A stretch of DNA of 64,000 bases from Gemmatimonadales bacterium (GTDB lineage: Bacteria > Gemmatimonadota > Gemmatimonadetes > Gemmatimonadales > GWC2-71-9): assembly GCA_041613315.1 (NCBI GenBank), contig JBFJHJ010000007.1, positions 1 through 64,000 of the forward strand, written 5' to 3'. The notes below the pieces were generated by a model that was not told the origin of the DNA, made no database searches, and saw nothing but the letters and a program-made list of their open reading frames with translations. Made by a program: the position numbers and the translations under genes. Of this stretch, positions 29,270 to 37,763 are shown in pieces (position 1 is the stretch's first letter; every line of letters begins with the position of its first letter).

Positions 29270-31540
29270 TCAGAACTCGGGGCCGAAGAACACGATGCGT
29301 TTGAACCGCGTGCCGTCCGGCGTCACGAGGCGCACGGGGTAGATCCCTCGCGGCAGCGCCCGGCCGTCGTCGGTGGTGCCGTCCCACTCGAGGCGCGGGT
29401 CGCAGCGACCGACCTCGCCCGGTGCGGGCCGGCCGTACCGTCCGGCAGGAAGCTCGGGCAGAAACGCGTTGCCCGGCACCAGGTTTCGCACCGGGTGCCC
29501 CCGCATATCGAGGATGTCGAGCCGGACACGCCCCGGTGTGGCGAGGTCGAACCAGATACAGGTGGTGTTCGTCCCGGTCGCGGGGTTGGGGAACGGGTTC
29601 GGGAAGTTCTGAAACAGCAGCGTCACCGCGGGCACCGAGTCGTCGATGATGAGGAAGGTCCCCCGGCTCTCGGTGACGGCGCTGTCCGGTCCCAGGCGTG
29701 CCGTCACGCGCCAGCGGTAGGGCGTGTTGCGCTCGAGGTCCTCGACCGGCGTGAACGTGGTGGCGGTGAGCCCCGTTGTGTCTATCTCGACGGCCCCGTT
29801 CGTCGCTCGGATCACGGCCACGTCGTACGTGAACGGGCCCGGTGGCTGGAGCACGCCCGGGGACGTCCAGCGGAACGTGGGCCGGACCTCGCGCGTCGCC
29901 GTGCCTTGCGGCTCGTCGAACGTGGTGAGCACCGCCCAGCGTGGCGCCGCGAACGGCCCGAGCAACGGTGTCGCGAACCGCACCGTGTCCGCGGATGTGC
30001 CGGTCAGCGTGACGAAGAAGCGGGCCCCCGGCGGCTCCGCCGTCGTGCGCGTCACCTCCGTGCCGGTCAGGACGCTGTCGATCACCACCAGCGACTGCGC
30101 GGCGTCCCGGGACACCCGGAGCCGGTAGCTGACGGGCAGCGCGAACGGCGGCACGTCGGACGCGCTCCAGGCAAACCGCGGCGTGGCGTCGGCGAGCACC
30201 GAGTCACCGGGCGCGGGGCTCGACAAGACAATCCCCCGCGGGAACACCGCCGCGGCGGCGCCGTCGGGGCGTCCCCAGCCCCGGCTGGAATCGGGCCGCT
30301 CGCGGTTGGAGCCGGTCCGCCGCATCGTGTCGAGGATCTCCGCCGGGCTCAGCATCGGATGGAGCTGGCGGATCAGCGCGGCGGTGCCGGCGATGAGCGG
30401 CGTGCTGAACGAGGTCCCACTCGCCCGCGAGAAGCCGGTGGCGGGATCCACCACGAACACGTCGGCACCCGGCGCGACCAGGTCGGGTTTGAGGCGGCCG
30501 TCGGCGGTGGGGCCGCGGGAGCTGAACGGCTGGAGCACGCCCAGCGAATCCTCCGCACCTACGGCGATCACCGAGTCGCCGTCGGCCGGCGTGACCAGCG
30601 ATCGGAACCCGGACGTCCCTTGGTTGCCGACGGCGTTCACGACGACGATGCCCCGCTCGGCCGCGAGATCGGCGGCCACCGTGGTCACCGCGACGTCGCC
30701 GTTCAGAGCGGAGGCCGGGTAGGCGAAGCCGTTGTCGAACGAGAGGTAGGCGAGGCTCGACGAGACGATCTGCGCGCCGAGGGCCGCGGCCCACTCCACG
30801 GCCGCCACCCAGTTGTCCTCTTCCACTCGCGTCTCCGACCGGATGTCTTCGGTCTTGGCGAGCAGGTAGTCCGCGTCGGGCGCGATGCCGATGATCTGCC
30901 CGGGTAGATCGGCGGCGAGCAGGGACCACGTCCCGGTCCCGTGGCGTGAGGCGCCCGGCTGGTCGGCGGGCTCGTCCTGGACGACGCCGTCGTCGAACAC
31001 GAAATCGCGCTGGGCGAGCACGCGCGTCGTGGCGAACGCCGGGTGCGCGGTCTCGAAGCCGGTGTCGAGCACGGCGATCACGACGCCCGCGCCCCGCAGG
31101 CCCTGTCGGACCAGGGGGAAGAGATTGAGACGCCGGAACGGCATCGCCGAGGGGCCGTAGAGGGAGTCCTCCGGTGCGGCGGCGCGCGGGCCGGGTCCGC
31201 GGACGGGCGTCGCACCGGGCTCGCCACGGCCGAGAAACCGGGCCACCGGCTGGAGGTGTCGGAACTCGAGTCGGCGGCGGGCGGCGGCGACCCCCGCGGC
31301 GCTGACGTCGGCCGACACGGCATGCAGCCAGACGCTGCGCCGCCGCTCCCGGCCGCCCACGGCGGCCACCGCGGCCGCGACGTCGTCGAGCGTGTACCGC
31401 GGTCGCCCGAAGAACCAGACCGCGGCCGAGTCCCGCTGTGCGAGGAGCGGGCCGAGCGCGGGGGAGACCGAGGGCTGCTGCGCCGCGACGCCGACCGGGC
31501 CGGCGCACAACGCGGCGGCGCACGCCAGCGCGCGTCTCAC
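29270..31540 (-). CDS. S8 (subtilisin-like) serine peptidase with C-terminal FlgD-Ig/CTD-like domain
   Basis: Catalytic triad motifs VLDTG, HGTGT, GTSFSTP; signal peptide; NFPNPF..WDG..GIY tail. Confidence 0.9.
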   Translation of the reverse strand: MRRALACAAALCAGPVGVAAQQPSVSPALGPLLAQRDSAAVWFFGRPRYTLDDVAAAVAAVGGRERRRSVWLHAVSADVSAAGVAAARRRLEFRHLQPVARFLGRGEPGATPVRGPGPRAAAPEDSLYGPSAMPFRRLNLFPLVRQGLRGAGVVIAVLDTGFETAHPAFATTRVLAQRDFVFDDGVVQDEPADQPGASRHGTGTWSLLAADLPGQIIGIAPDADYLLAKTEDIRSETRVEEDNWVAAVEWAAALGAQIVSSSLAYLSFDNGFAYPASALNGDVAVTTVAADLAAERGIVVVNAVGNQGTSGFRSLVTPADGDSVIAVGAEDSLGVLQPFSSRGPTADGRLKPDLVAPGADVFVVDPATGFSRASGTSFSTPLIAGTAALIRQLHPMLSPAEILDTMRRTGSNRERPDSSRGWGRPDGAAAAVFPRGIVLSSPAPGDSVLADATPRFAWSASDVPPFALPVSYRLRVSRDAAQSLVVIDSVLTGTEVTRTTAEPPGARFFVTLTGTSADTVRFATPLLGPFAAPRWAVLTTFDEPQGTATREVRPTFRWTSPGVLQPPGPFTYDVAVIRATNGAVEIDTTGLTATTFTPVEDLERNTPYRWRVTARLGPDSAVTESRGTFLIIDDSVPAVTLLFQNFPNPFPNPATGTNTTCIWFDLATPGRVRLDILDMRGHPVRNLVPGNAFLPELPAGRYGRPAPGEVGRCDPRLEWDGTTDDGRALPRGIYPVRLVTPDGTRFKRIVFFGPEF

Positions 31541-34500
31541 ACCGCGGCGGGTTCGACCTCGCCCAGCCGAACGCCCACGATCGTCGACACCCCCGGCTCC
31601 TGCATCGTCACGCCGTAGACCGCGTCCGCGACCTGCATCGTGCGGGGGTTATGGGTGATGACGATGAACTGCGTGCTCGATTTGAACTCATTCAGGAGCC
31701 GGACGAACCGCATCACGTTTGCGTCGTCGAGCGGCGCATCCACCTCGTCGAGCAGGCAGAACGGGGCGGGCTTGGCGAGATAGATGGAAAAGAGCAGCGA
31801 GATGGCCACGAGCGCGCGCTCGCCGGACGACAGCAGGTGAATGCGCTGGGCCCGCTTGCCGCGCGGCGCCGCGATGATCTCGATGTCGCTCGCGCGCGGA
31901 TCGCTCTCCTCGGCCAGCCGGACATCGCAATCGCCACCCTCGAACAGCGTGTGAAACACGGACCGGAAATGCTCGCGCACCGCGGCGAACGTCTCGACGA
32001 ACAGGGCGCGCGCGGTCTGGTTGATTTCTCGAAGCGCCTGCTGCAGCGAGCTGCGCGCCTCTGCCAGGTCGTCGCGCTGGGTCGTGAGGAAGTCGAGCCG
32101 CTTGACCTCCTCGGCGTGCTCCTCGACGGCCAGCGGGTTCACGGGTCCTAGCGCCTCGAGCGCCTGCGCCAGCCGGGCCGCCTCCGCCCGAAGCGCTTCG
32201 GTCGTGCCGTCCAGCGGCGGCGCGTCCCGAAGCAACTCGTCCACCGGGCGGTGCCACTCTCCCTCCACCCGTTCGATCAGCGCCCGGCGCCGACCCTCCG
32301 CCTCCGTGGCCTCGAGCTCGACCGCGTGCAACTCGTCGCTCAGGCGCTCCACCTCGTCTCGGGCCTCGTGCACCGTCTGCTCCCCCGCCGTGAGCGCCTC
32401 TTCCGCCGCGGCGACCGCCCGCTCCGCCTCCTGCGCCGCGTGCTCGAGCTCCTGGGCGGTCACCCGCCGCTCTCCCATGGTGTCGGTCCACGTGGCGCGC
32501 TGCCCGGTGAGGCTCTGCAACAGCTGATCGATATCAGTGGATTCCCGGTCGAGGGAGGCCATGTCCGTGCGCGCCTCCTCCAACATCCGGCGCGCGCGCT
32601 CCTCACGCTCCCGCGCGGCGTCTTCCCGTGCGGAGACCTGTGCCTCCTCGACCTGCCAGTGCACTCGGCGCTCGCGCGCCGCCTCCTGTGCCGCCTCCAG
32701 ATCCGCGAGCGCCGCGCGCTCGGCGGTGAGCTGTTCCTCGAGCCGCGTGCGTTCCGCCTCGCCACCGGTGGACTCGACGGTGACCTGCCGCAGGCGCGTG
32801 CGACGCTCGCTGACGCGTTCCTGGAGCCGCGCGCGCGCCTGGTCCGCTTCCCCTCGCTCTCGCGTCGCGCGATGCACCAGCCGCGCGGCCTCGTCGGCCG
32901 CGGCCTGGGATTCCCGCCATCCCGCCCGCGCCGCCGCGCGCCGCTCCGTGGCTGTCTCGAGCGCCGCTTCGGCCTCGGCCAGGATCGCCGCGGCCGCCGC
33001 CTCTTCCTCGGCGAGCCGGGCAAGCTGGCTCTCGGTGCCGGTGATCCGGCCGCCCAACTCGTCGAGCTCCGCCCGCCGGCGCAGCGGACCGGTCTCCCCG
33101 TCACCGGCCAGATAGACCGCACCGTTCGCGCGGCGCACGGCGGCTCCCTGGTCGTCCAGCGCACGGTTCGCGCCGAAGAGGGCCGCGACCCACGGCCGGG
33201 CCGGGCCCGTCACGACGATGCCGGGGGGGACCGCGGTATCGGTAGGCGCCTCCGCCGGTCCCGGGGCGACGGGAAGCAGCACCAGCGGTCCAGGCCGCGT
33301 CTCAGCATGCCATCGCCGGACTACCGCCACCGCCGCGTCGTCCCGCACCAGTACCGCGTGGAGCCAATCGGCGAGCCGCCGTTCGGCGAGGTGCGCCTCC
33401 GCCGAGGTCGTCGCCAAGAAGTCGCTGAGTGGGCCGGTGATCGTGTCCGGTGGGAACCGCTCGCGGGCGGCGAGCAAGGCGCGCGCGGCTGGCGCCAGCC
33501 CCTCCCGACGCCGCTCCAACTCGTGCAGCGCCTCGCGGCGGACGCGGTCCTGCGCGAGCGACTCCTCGAGCCCCCGGCGCTCCGCGCGCAACGTCGTTTC
33601 GCGTTCGCGCGCAGACGCCAGCAGATCCCGGGCGCGGTCCAGGCCACGCGCCGCCTCCTGCTCCTCCCGCTCACGTTCGGCGAGCGCCGCCTGCGCCGTC
33701 CGAAGGCGATCGTCGGCGGCCTCCTGCTCCCGCGCCGTCTCGTCACACCGGGCGCTGAGCTCGCGCTCCTGGCCGGTCAGCTCTTCCAGCTCCCGTTCGA
33801 GGGCCGCCCGTTCGCCGGCGAGGGCGCGTTGCGTCTCGGCGTGCTGTTGCAGCGTTCCCTCGAGCCCTCGCACGCGCTCGCGCTTGGCCGCGAGCTGCTG
33901 GCGCGCCTCGTCCTCACTCGCGGTACGCAGGTCCAACTCGCCCTGCACCGAGGCGCGGGCGCGCTCTGCCGCCTCGCGTTCGGCCCGCGCCGCCTCCAAC
34001 TCCCGCTGGGCCCGGGCGGCGCGCTCGTCGGCCTGCGTATGCTCGTCCTGGGCCCGGCCGCGGCGACGGGTGGCCTGCTCCAACCGTTCCGCCGCGAGGT
34101 TGAGGTCGCCTTCCAGTCGCTCCAGTTCGATGCGCGTATCGGACAGGCGGCGATCCACCTCGGTGCGCCGCGCCACGGCCGTGGCCCGTCCTTGCGCGTG
34201 AGTCTCACGCGCTCGTTCGAGATCGGCGAGCCGCTCGCGCTTGGCCGGGATCGTCGCACGCAGCGCGTCCCGCCGCGCGCGCAAGCCGGCGTGCCGCTCC
34301 TCGAACGCGTCGAGCTCACGCCGCGTCAATGTCATCACGACGGCGAAGCGCTCCGCCGTGAACGTGCCGTGCCGCTCCGCTTTCCCGCGCTGCCGCGCCA
34401 GGCTGCGGACCTGCGTCTGCACCTCGGCAATCAGGTCGTCGACGCGCTGCAGGTCCTCCGCGGTCTTCTCCAGGCGCCGCTCGGTGCTCGCCTTGCGGTC

Positions 34501-35013
34501 GCGGTAGATCCCGATCCCCGCCGCCTCCTCGAAGAGCGCGCGCCGTTCGTCGGCGCGGTCGGAGAGCAGGCGGTCGATCATCGCCGCTTCGATCACGACC
34601 CCAGCGTCACTGCCGAGGCCCGTGCCGCGCAACAGATCCAGGAGGTCCCGCAGGCGGACCGGCGACTGATTGAGGAGGTATTCGCTCTGGCCACTGCGGG
34701 ACAGGCGCCGCGTGACGGCGAGTTCCCGATACGGCGCGCTCAGCGTGCCATCGCTGTTGTCGAAGACCAGCGTCACCTCCGCGATGCTGATAGGGCGACG
34801 CTTCACCGATCCTTGGAAGATCACCTCGTCCATGCGCGCACTGCGGAGGATCCGCGCCCGCTGTTCGCCGAGCACCCAGCGGACCGCATCCGATACGTTG
34901 GACTTGCCGCACCCGTTGGGACCCACGATCGCGGTGATCCCGTCGTCGAACGGCAACTCGGCATGATCGGCGAACGACTTGAATCCCGACAGGTCGAGCC
35001 GGGTGAGTTTCAT
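31537..35013 (-). CDS. smc: Chromosome segregation protein SMC
   Basis: GFKSF, GPNGCGKSN Walker A, long coiled coils with hinge, LSSGE signature, LLDEVDAPLD. Confidence 0.96.
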   Translation of the reverse strand: MKLTRLDLSGFKSFADHAELPFDDGITAIVGPNGCGKSNVSDAVRWVLGEQRARILRSARMDEVIFQGSVKRRPISIAEVTLVFDNSDGTLSAPYRELAVTRRLSRSGQSEYLLNQSPVRLRDLLDLLRGTGLGSDAGVVIEAAMIDRLLSDRADERRALFEEAAGIGIYRDRKASTERRLEKTAEDLQRVDDLIAEVQTQVRSLARQRGKAERHGTFTAERFAVVMTLTRRELDAFEERHAGLRARRDALRATIPAKRERLADLERARETHAQGRATAVARRTEVDRRLSDTRIELERLEGDLNLAAERLEQATRRRGRAQDEHTQADERAARAQRELEAARAEREAAERARASVQGELDLRTASEDEARQQLAAKRERVRGLEGTLQQHAETQRALAGERAALERELEELTGQERELSARCDETAREQEAADDRLRTAQAALAEREREEQEAARGLDRARDLLASARERETTLRAERRGLEESLAQDRVRREALHELERRREGLAPAARALLAARERFPPDTITGPLSDFLATTSAEAHLAERRLADWLHAVLVRDDAAVAVVRRWHAETRPGPLVLLPVAPGPAEAPTDTAVPPGIVVTGPARPWVAALFGANRALDDQGAAVRRANGAVYLAGDGETGPLRRRAELDELGGRITGTESQLARLAEEEAAAAAILAEAEAALETATERRAAARAGWRESQAAADEAARLVHRATRERGEADQARARLQERVSERRTRLRQVTVESTGGEAERTRLEEQLTAERAALADLEAAQEAARERRVHWQVEEAQVSAREDAAREREERARRMLEEARTDMASLDRESTDIDQLLQSLTGQRATWTDTMGERRVTAQELEHAAQEAERAVAAAEEALTAGEQTVHEARDEVERLSDELHAVELEATEAEGRRRALIERVEGEWHRPVDELLRDAPPLDGTTEALRAEAARLAQALEALGPVNPLAVEEHAEEVKRLDFLTTQRDDLAEARSSLQQALREINQTARALFVETFAAVREHFRSVFHTLFEGGDCDVRLAEESDPRASDIEIIAAPRGKRAQRIHLLSSGERALVAISLLFSIYLAKPAPFCLLDEVDAPLDDANVMRFVRLLNEFKSSTQFIVITHNPRTMQVADAVYGVTMQEPGVSTIVGVRLGEVEPAAV

Positions 35014-36296
35014 CGCGTGATTCCTGCGCGCGCAACGAGGGTTGGTGTGAGTCCAGCCGCGCCGAGAATGGAGTCCGCCAAGCGCGCCTGCTCGGGAGCT
35101 TCGAACGCGCCGACGAGGAGACGAGCCCTCCCGTCCGCACCCCCCGCAATGTATGCCGCCACCCCTCGGGCGCGAAGCCCCGCCAACGCATCGCGCGCGG
35201 TCACGCGGTCGGGATACGTCCCCACCCGCAGCGCGTGTGGCGTCCGGAGGATCGTCCCGTTTGGGTGCTCCACGAGGCCTCGCTCCCACAGCGCCGTCAG
35301 CGCCGAATCGGCGCCCGCCGATGTCGACGCGGCGCCGATCAGCAAGCGATACCACGTCTCCAGCTGCCCGAGGCGTACAGGCGTTACCGTAGCCAGCCAC
35401 CCCGCCGCCTCATACTCGGTGGCCTGCGCGAGCGCGGCCTCGGGACTCTTGAACGCCGCGACCTGGACCGCGTAGAACAGCGAGTCCCCGGCAACACGGG
35501 GGGCCGCCACGGGCGTGGCCTCGGCGGCCGGCGTGTCGGGGGCGGGGGTCATCGAGCGCACCAGAACGACGAGGCCGATCGCGAGCCCGATCCCGATCGC
35601 GCCACCCATCCCCGCCCACCGTCTACGGCGTCGCCGGCGGGGTGGGCTGGCAGGGCGCGTGGGGGTGACGGGCGGCCGCACGTGCGGGTGGGGAAACGGC
35701 GGCACGGGCATGGGTTGGACGGTGGCCTCGGCGTCCATCACCACGATCACTTCGGGACCGTCGTCGAGGCCGGCCGCCAGGGCGAGCGCCATCGTGCGGT
35801 CCGCTTCGTAATCGTCGGTGGTCAGAATCACCAGGCGATCGGGTCTCGCGCTCATGTGGGCGAGGCCGTCCGCTGGGACGTACAGCAGGAGCAGGGCGCC
35901 CTCGCTCTCGAACCCGCGGGCGAGCCGGGGCCAGCGTGTGTGTCCCCAGATCCGGGTCGGGTCGCCGGGCCCGACGCCGGCCGGAACGAAGAACAGACCG
36001 GGCGGGTCCAACGCCAGCGTCACGGCCTGCAACGACTCACCCGACTGAAACACGTCGACGATGCCCGGCCCCGCGTGCGGTGTCCGCGGGGCATGCAGCG
36101 CCGGCTCGTCGAAATGCAGATCGACCAGTGCGATCCGCCGCCCGGTGCCGGCCACCGCCCCGGCGATGGACCAGACGGTCTGCGCGGCGCGCCCGACGGG
36201 GAGGCCCGCGTTGACGATCACCACGAGATGCGAGAGGAGGAAGGCGTTGGGGAGGGCAGCGACCGCGTCCGGTCGCGGGAGCTCCCGAGGGGTCAT
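35010..36296 (-). CDS. Membrane protein: degenerate ParA/MinD/BY-kinase-like domain, single TM, two SPOR domains
   Basis: RRIALVDLHFDEPALH..GIVDV..LFFVPAG; RRRRRR followed by a TM; YAVQVAAF..WYRLLIG and LRVGTY..RLLVGAF. Confidence 0.75.
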   Translation of the reverse strand: MTPRELPRPDAVAALPNAFLLSHLVVIVNAGLPVGRAAQTVWSIAGAVAGTGRRIALVDLHFDEPALHAPRTPHAGPGIVDVFQSGESLQAVTLALDPPGLFFVPAGVGPGDPTRIWGHTRWPRLARGFESEGALLLLYVPADGLAHMSARPDRLVILTTDDYEADRTMALALAAGLDDGPEVIVVMDAEATVQPMPVPPFPHPHVRPPVTPTRPASPPRRRRRRRWAGMGGAIGIGLAIGLVVLVRSMTPAPDTPAAEATPVAAPRVAGDSLFYAVQVAAFKSPEAALAQATEYEAAGWLATVTPVRLGQLETWYRLLIGAASTSAGADSALTALWERGLVEHPNGTILRTPHALRVGTYPDRVTARDALAGLRARGVAAYIAGGADGRARLLVGAFEAPEQARLADSILGAAGLTPTLVARAGITR

Positions 36297-37681
36297 GGAA
36301 TCACGCCGGTCGTGTCGCGGGTAAAGATCCAGTACGGCAGGCCGAGTTTCCGCCCGATGGATTCCGCGGCGTCGCGCGTCGGGTGGGGGCCGATCACCAC
36401 GCGATACGGCTCATCGGGAAGGGTTGGCGCCAGGACCGTGGCGTTGATCCCGGCCCGCCGGAGGTCGGCGGCCCGCTCCTCGGCCCAGGCCTGATTGATG
36501 GTGCTGCTCACCTGGACCCAGTACGACAGGGTGGGTTGGATGAGCTCCGCCACGGTGGTGTCGCTCACGAACTCGAGGGCCGGACGGTGGGGGTCCCAGG
36601 CCGCGATGAGCCAGCGGTCGCCGGTCACCGCCTGAGCGATCCCGCGGAGGGCGAGCGAATCGGGGGAGAGGGCGACCACCGCCGCCCCCTGGGGGACTAC
36701 GAGGGTGCCGTCCGCGGCGCCGGCCGGCAAGTCGCGATCCCAGGATCCCTGGACCGCGCCGACGAGGCGCCAGCGCGCGAGATCGACGACCCACACCGAA
36801 TCCGCCGTCCCGAGGCGCAGCAGCACGAGGCGTCCGCGAGGGTCGACCCGCAGCGCCGTGGCGGGGCCAGGGAGCGGCATGCGCGTCAGCGGTGCCAGCT
36901 CGAAGCGTTCCACTGCGAGCAGCTCGGTGGCGCTCGTGGCGTAGATGCGATGCGCCGAGGGCGAGAAGGCCGCGAGCTGCGGCGCCGGCCTGAGCCGGAC
37001 GAACCCACGCGTCGCGGGATCGGCCGGATGGATCGTGACGATCCCGGAATCCGTCGCGACGGCGACCAGATCTCCCCATGCGCTGACCGCCACATGGCCG
37101 TCGGGGAGGCGCTGGCGCACGGGCGTCGCGCTTTCGCCGAGGAGCTCGAGGACGCGCGCAGTGTCGCTCACGATCAGCCCGATGAGACGGTTCCGCACGG
37201 CGCCCCATACCGCGCGCGGGGGCGCGGAGAAGCCGTGCGACCACCGGGTCGGCGCCCGATGCTGAACGACGGCGACGGTGCCGCTGTCGTACACGACGTA
37301 GGTCGTCCCCGTGGGCCCGAGCGTGGCGAGCGCCACGGCCGTATCGACCACACGCGCGCGGCCGGTCGCCAGGTCCAACGCGACCAGCTCGCGTTGCTGC
37401 GTGAGGGTGTAGACCAGGTCGTCGTCGCTCGCGAACCCCACGGGGAGGTGCGTGGGCGCGGCAGCGCCCTCGAAGCGCCACGCCACCTCTTCCAGGCCGG
37501 GCAGATGATAGAGCTTGGGGTCGCCCGCCGTCTGTCCGGGAAACCGAAACGCGACCGATGTCCCCACGCCCGTCGAGCGCGCCGTGCGGGCGAGCGCGTC
37601 TTTCACCGGGTTGGCGTGCCGCCCGGCATCACAGGCCGCGAGGCCCACCACGAGGAGCGCGAGCAAGCAGGATGGACGCAC
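36293..37681 (-). CDS. Lipoprotein with beta-propeller-like region and C-terminal SPOR domain
   Basis: LAAC lipobox; repeated beta-blades; YWVQVSS..YRVVIGP SPOR. Confidence 0.75.
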   Translation of the reverse strand: MRPSCLLALLVVGLAACDAGRHANPVKDALARTARSTGVGTSVAFRFPGQTAGDPKLYHLPGLEEVAWRFEGAAAPTHLPVGFASDDDLVYTLTQQRELVALDLATGRARVVDTAVALATLGPTGTTYVVYDSGTVAVVQHRAPTRWSHGFSAPPRAVWGAVRNRLIGLIVSDTARVLELLGESATPVRQRLPDGHVAVSAWGDLVAVATDSGIVTIHPADPATRGFVRLRPAPQLAAFSPSAHRIYATSATELLAVERFELAPLTRMPLPGPATALRVDPRGRLVLLRLGTADSVWVVDLARWRLVGAVQGSWDRDLPAGAADGTLVVPQGAAVVALSPDSLALRGIAQAVTGDRWLIAAWDPHRPALEFVSDTTVAELIQPTLSYWVQVSSTINQAWAEERAADLRRAGINATVLAPTLPDEPYRVVIGPHPTRDAAESIGRKLGLPYWIFTRDTTGVIP

Positions 37682-37687
37682 GGGCGC

Positions 37688-37717
37688 AAGCTAAGGGAGA
37701 GCGGACGCGGAGTGCAA
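37688..37717 (-). promoter_or_regulatory. Sigma-70 promoter, leaderless transcript of the SPOR-smc operon
   Basis: TTGCAC-N18-TAGCTT-N6-GTG. Confidence 0.6.
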
Positions 37718-37763
37718 GGCGGGCCCGGCCGCGCTTCCGCTCCCCGCCCCGATCAACCGTCTG

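Noticed and set aside
32251..35475. 1074-aa plus-strand ORF antisense to smc
   Set aside because: Mirror of the SMC coiled-coil codons; no recognisable domain
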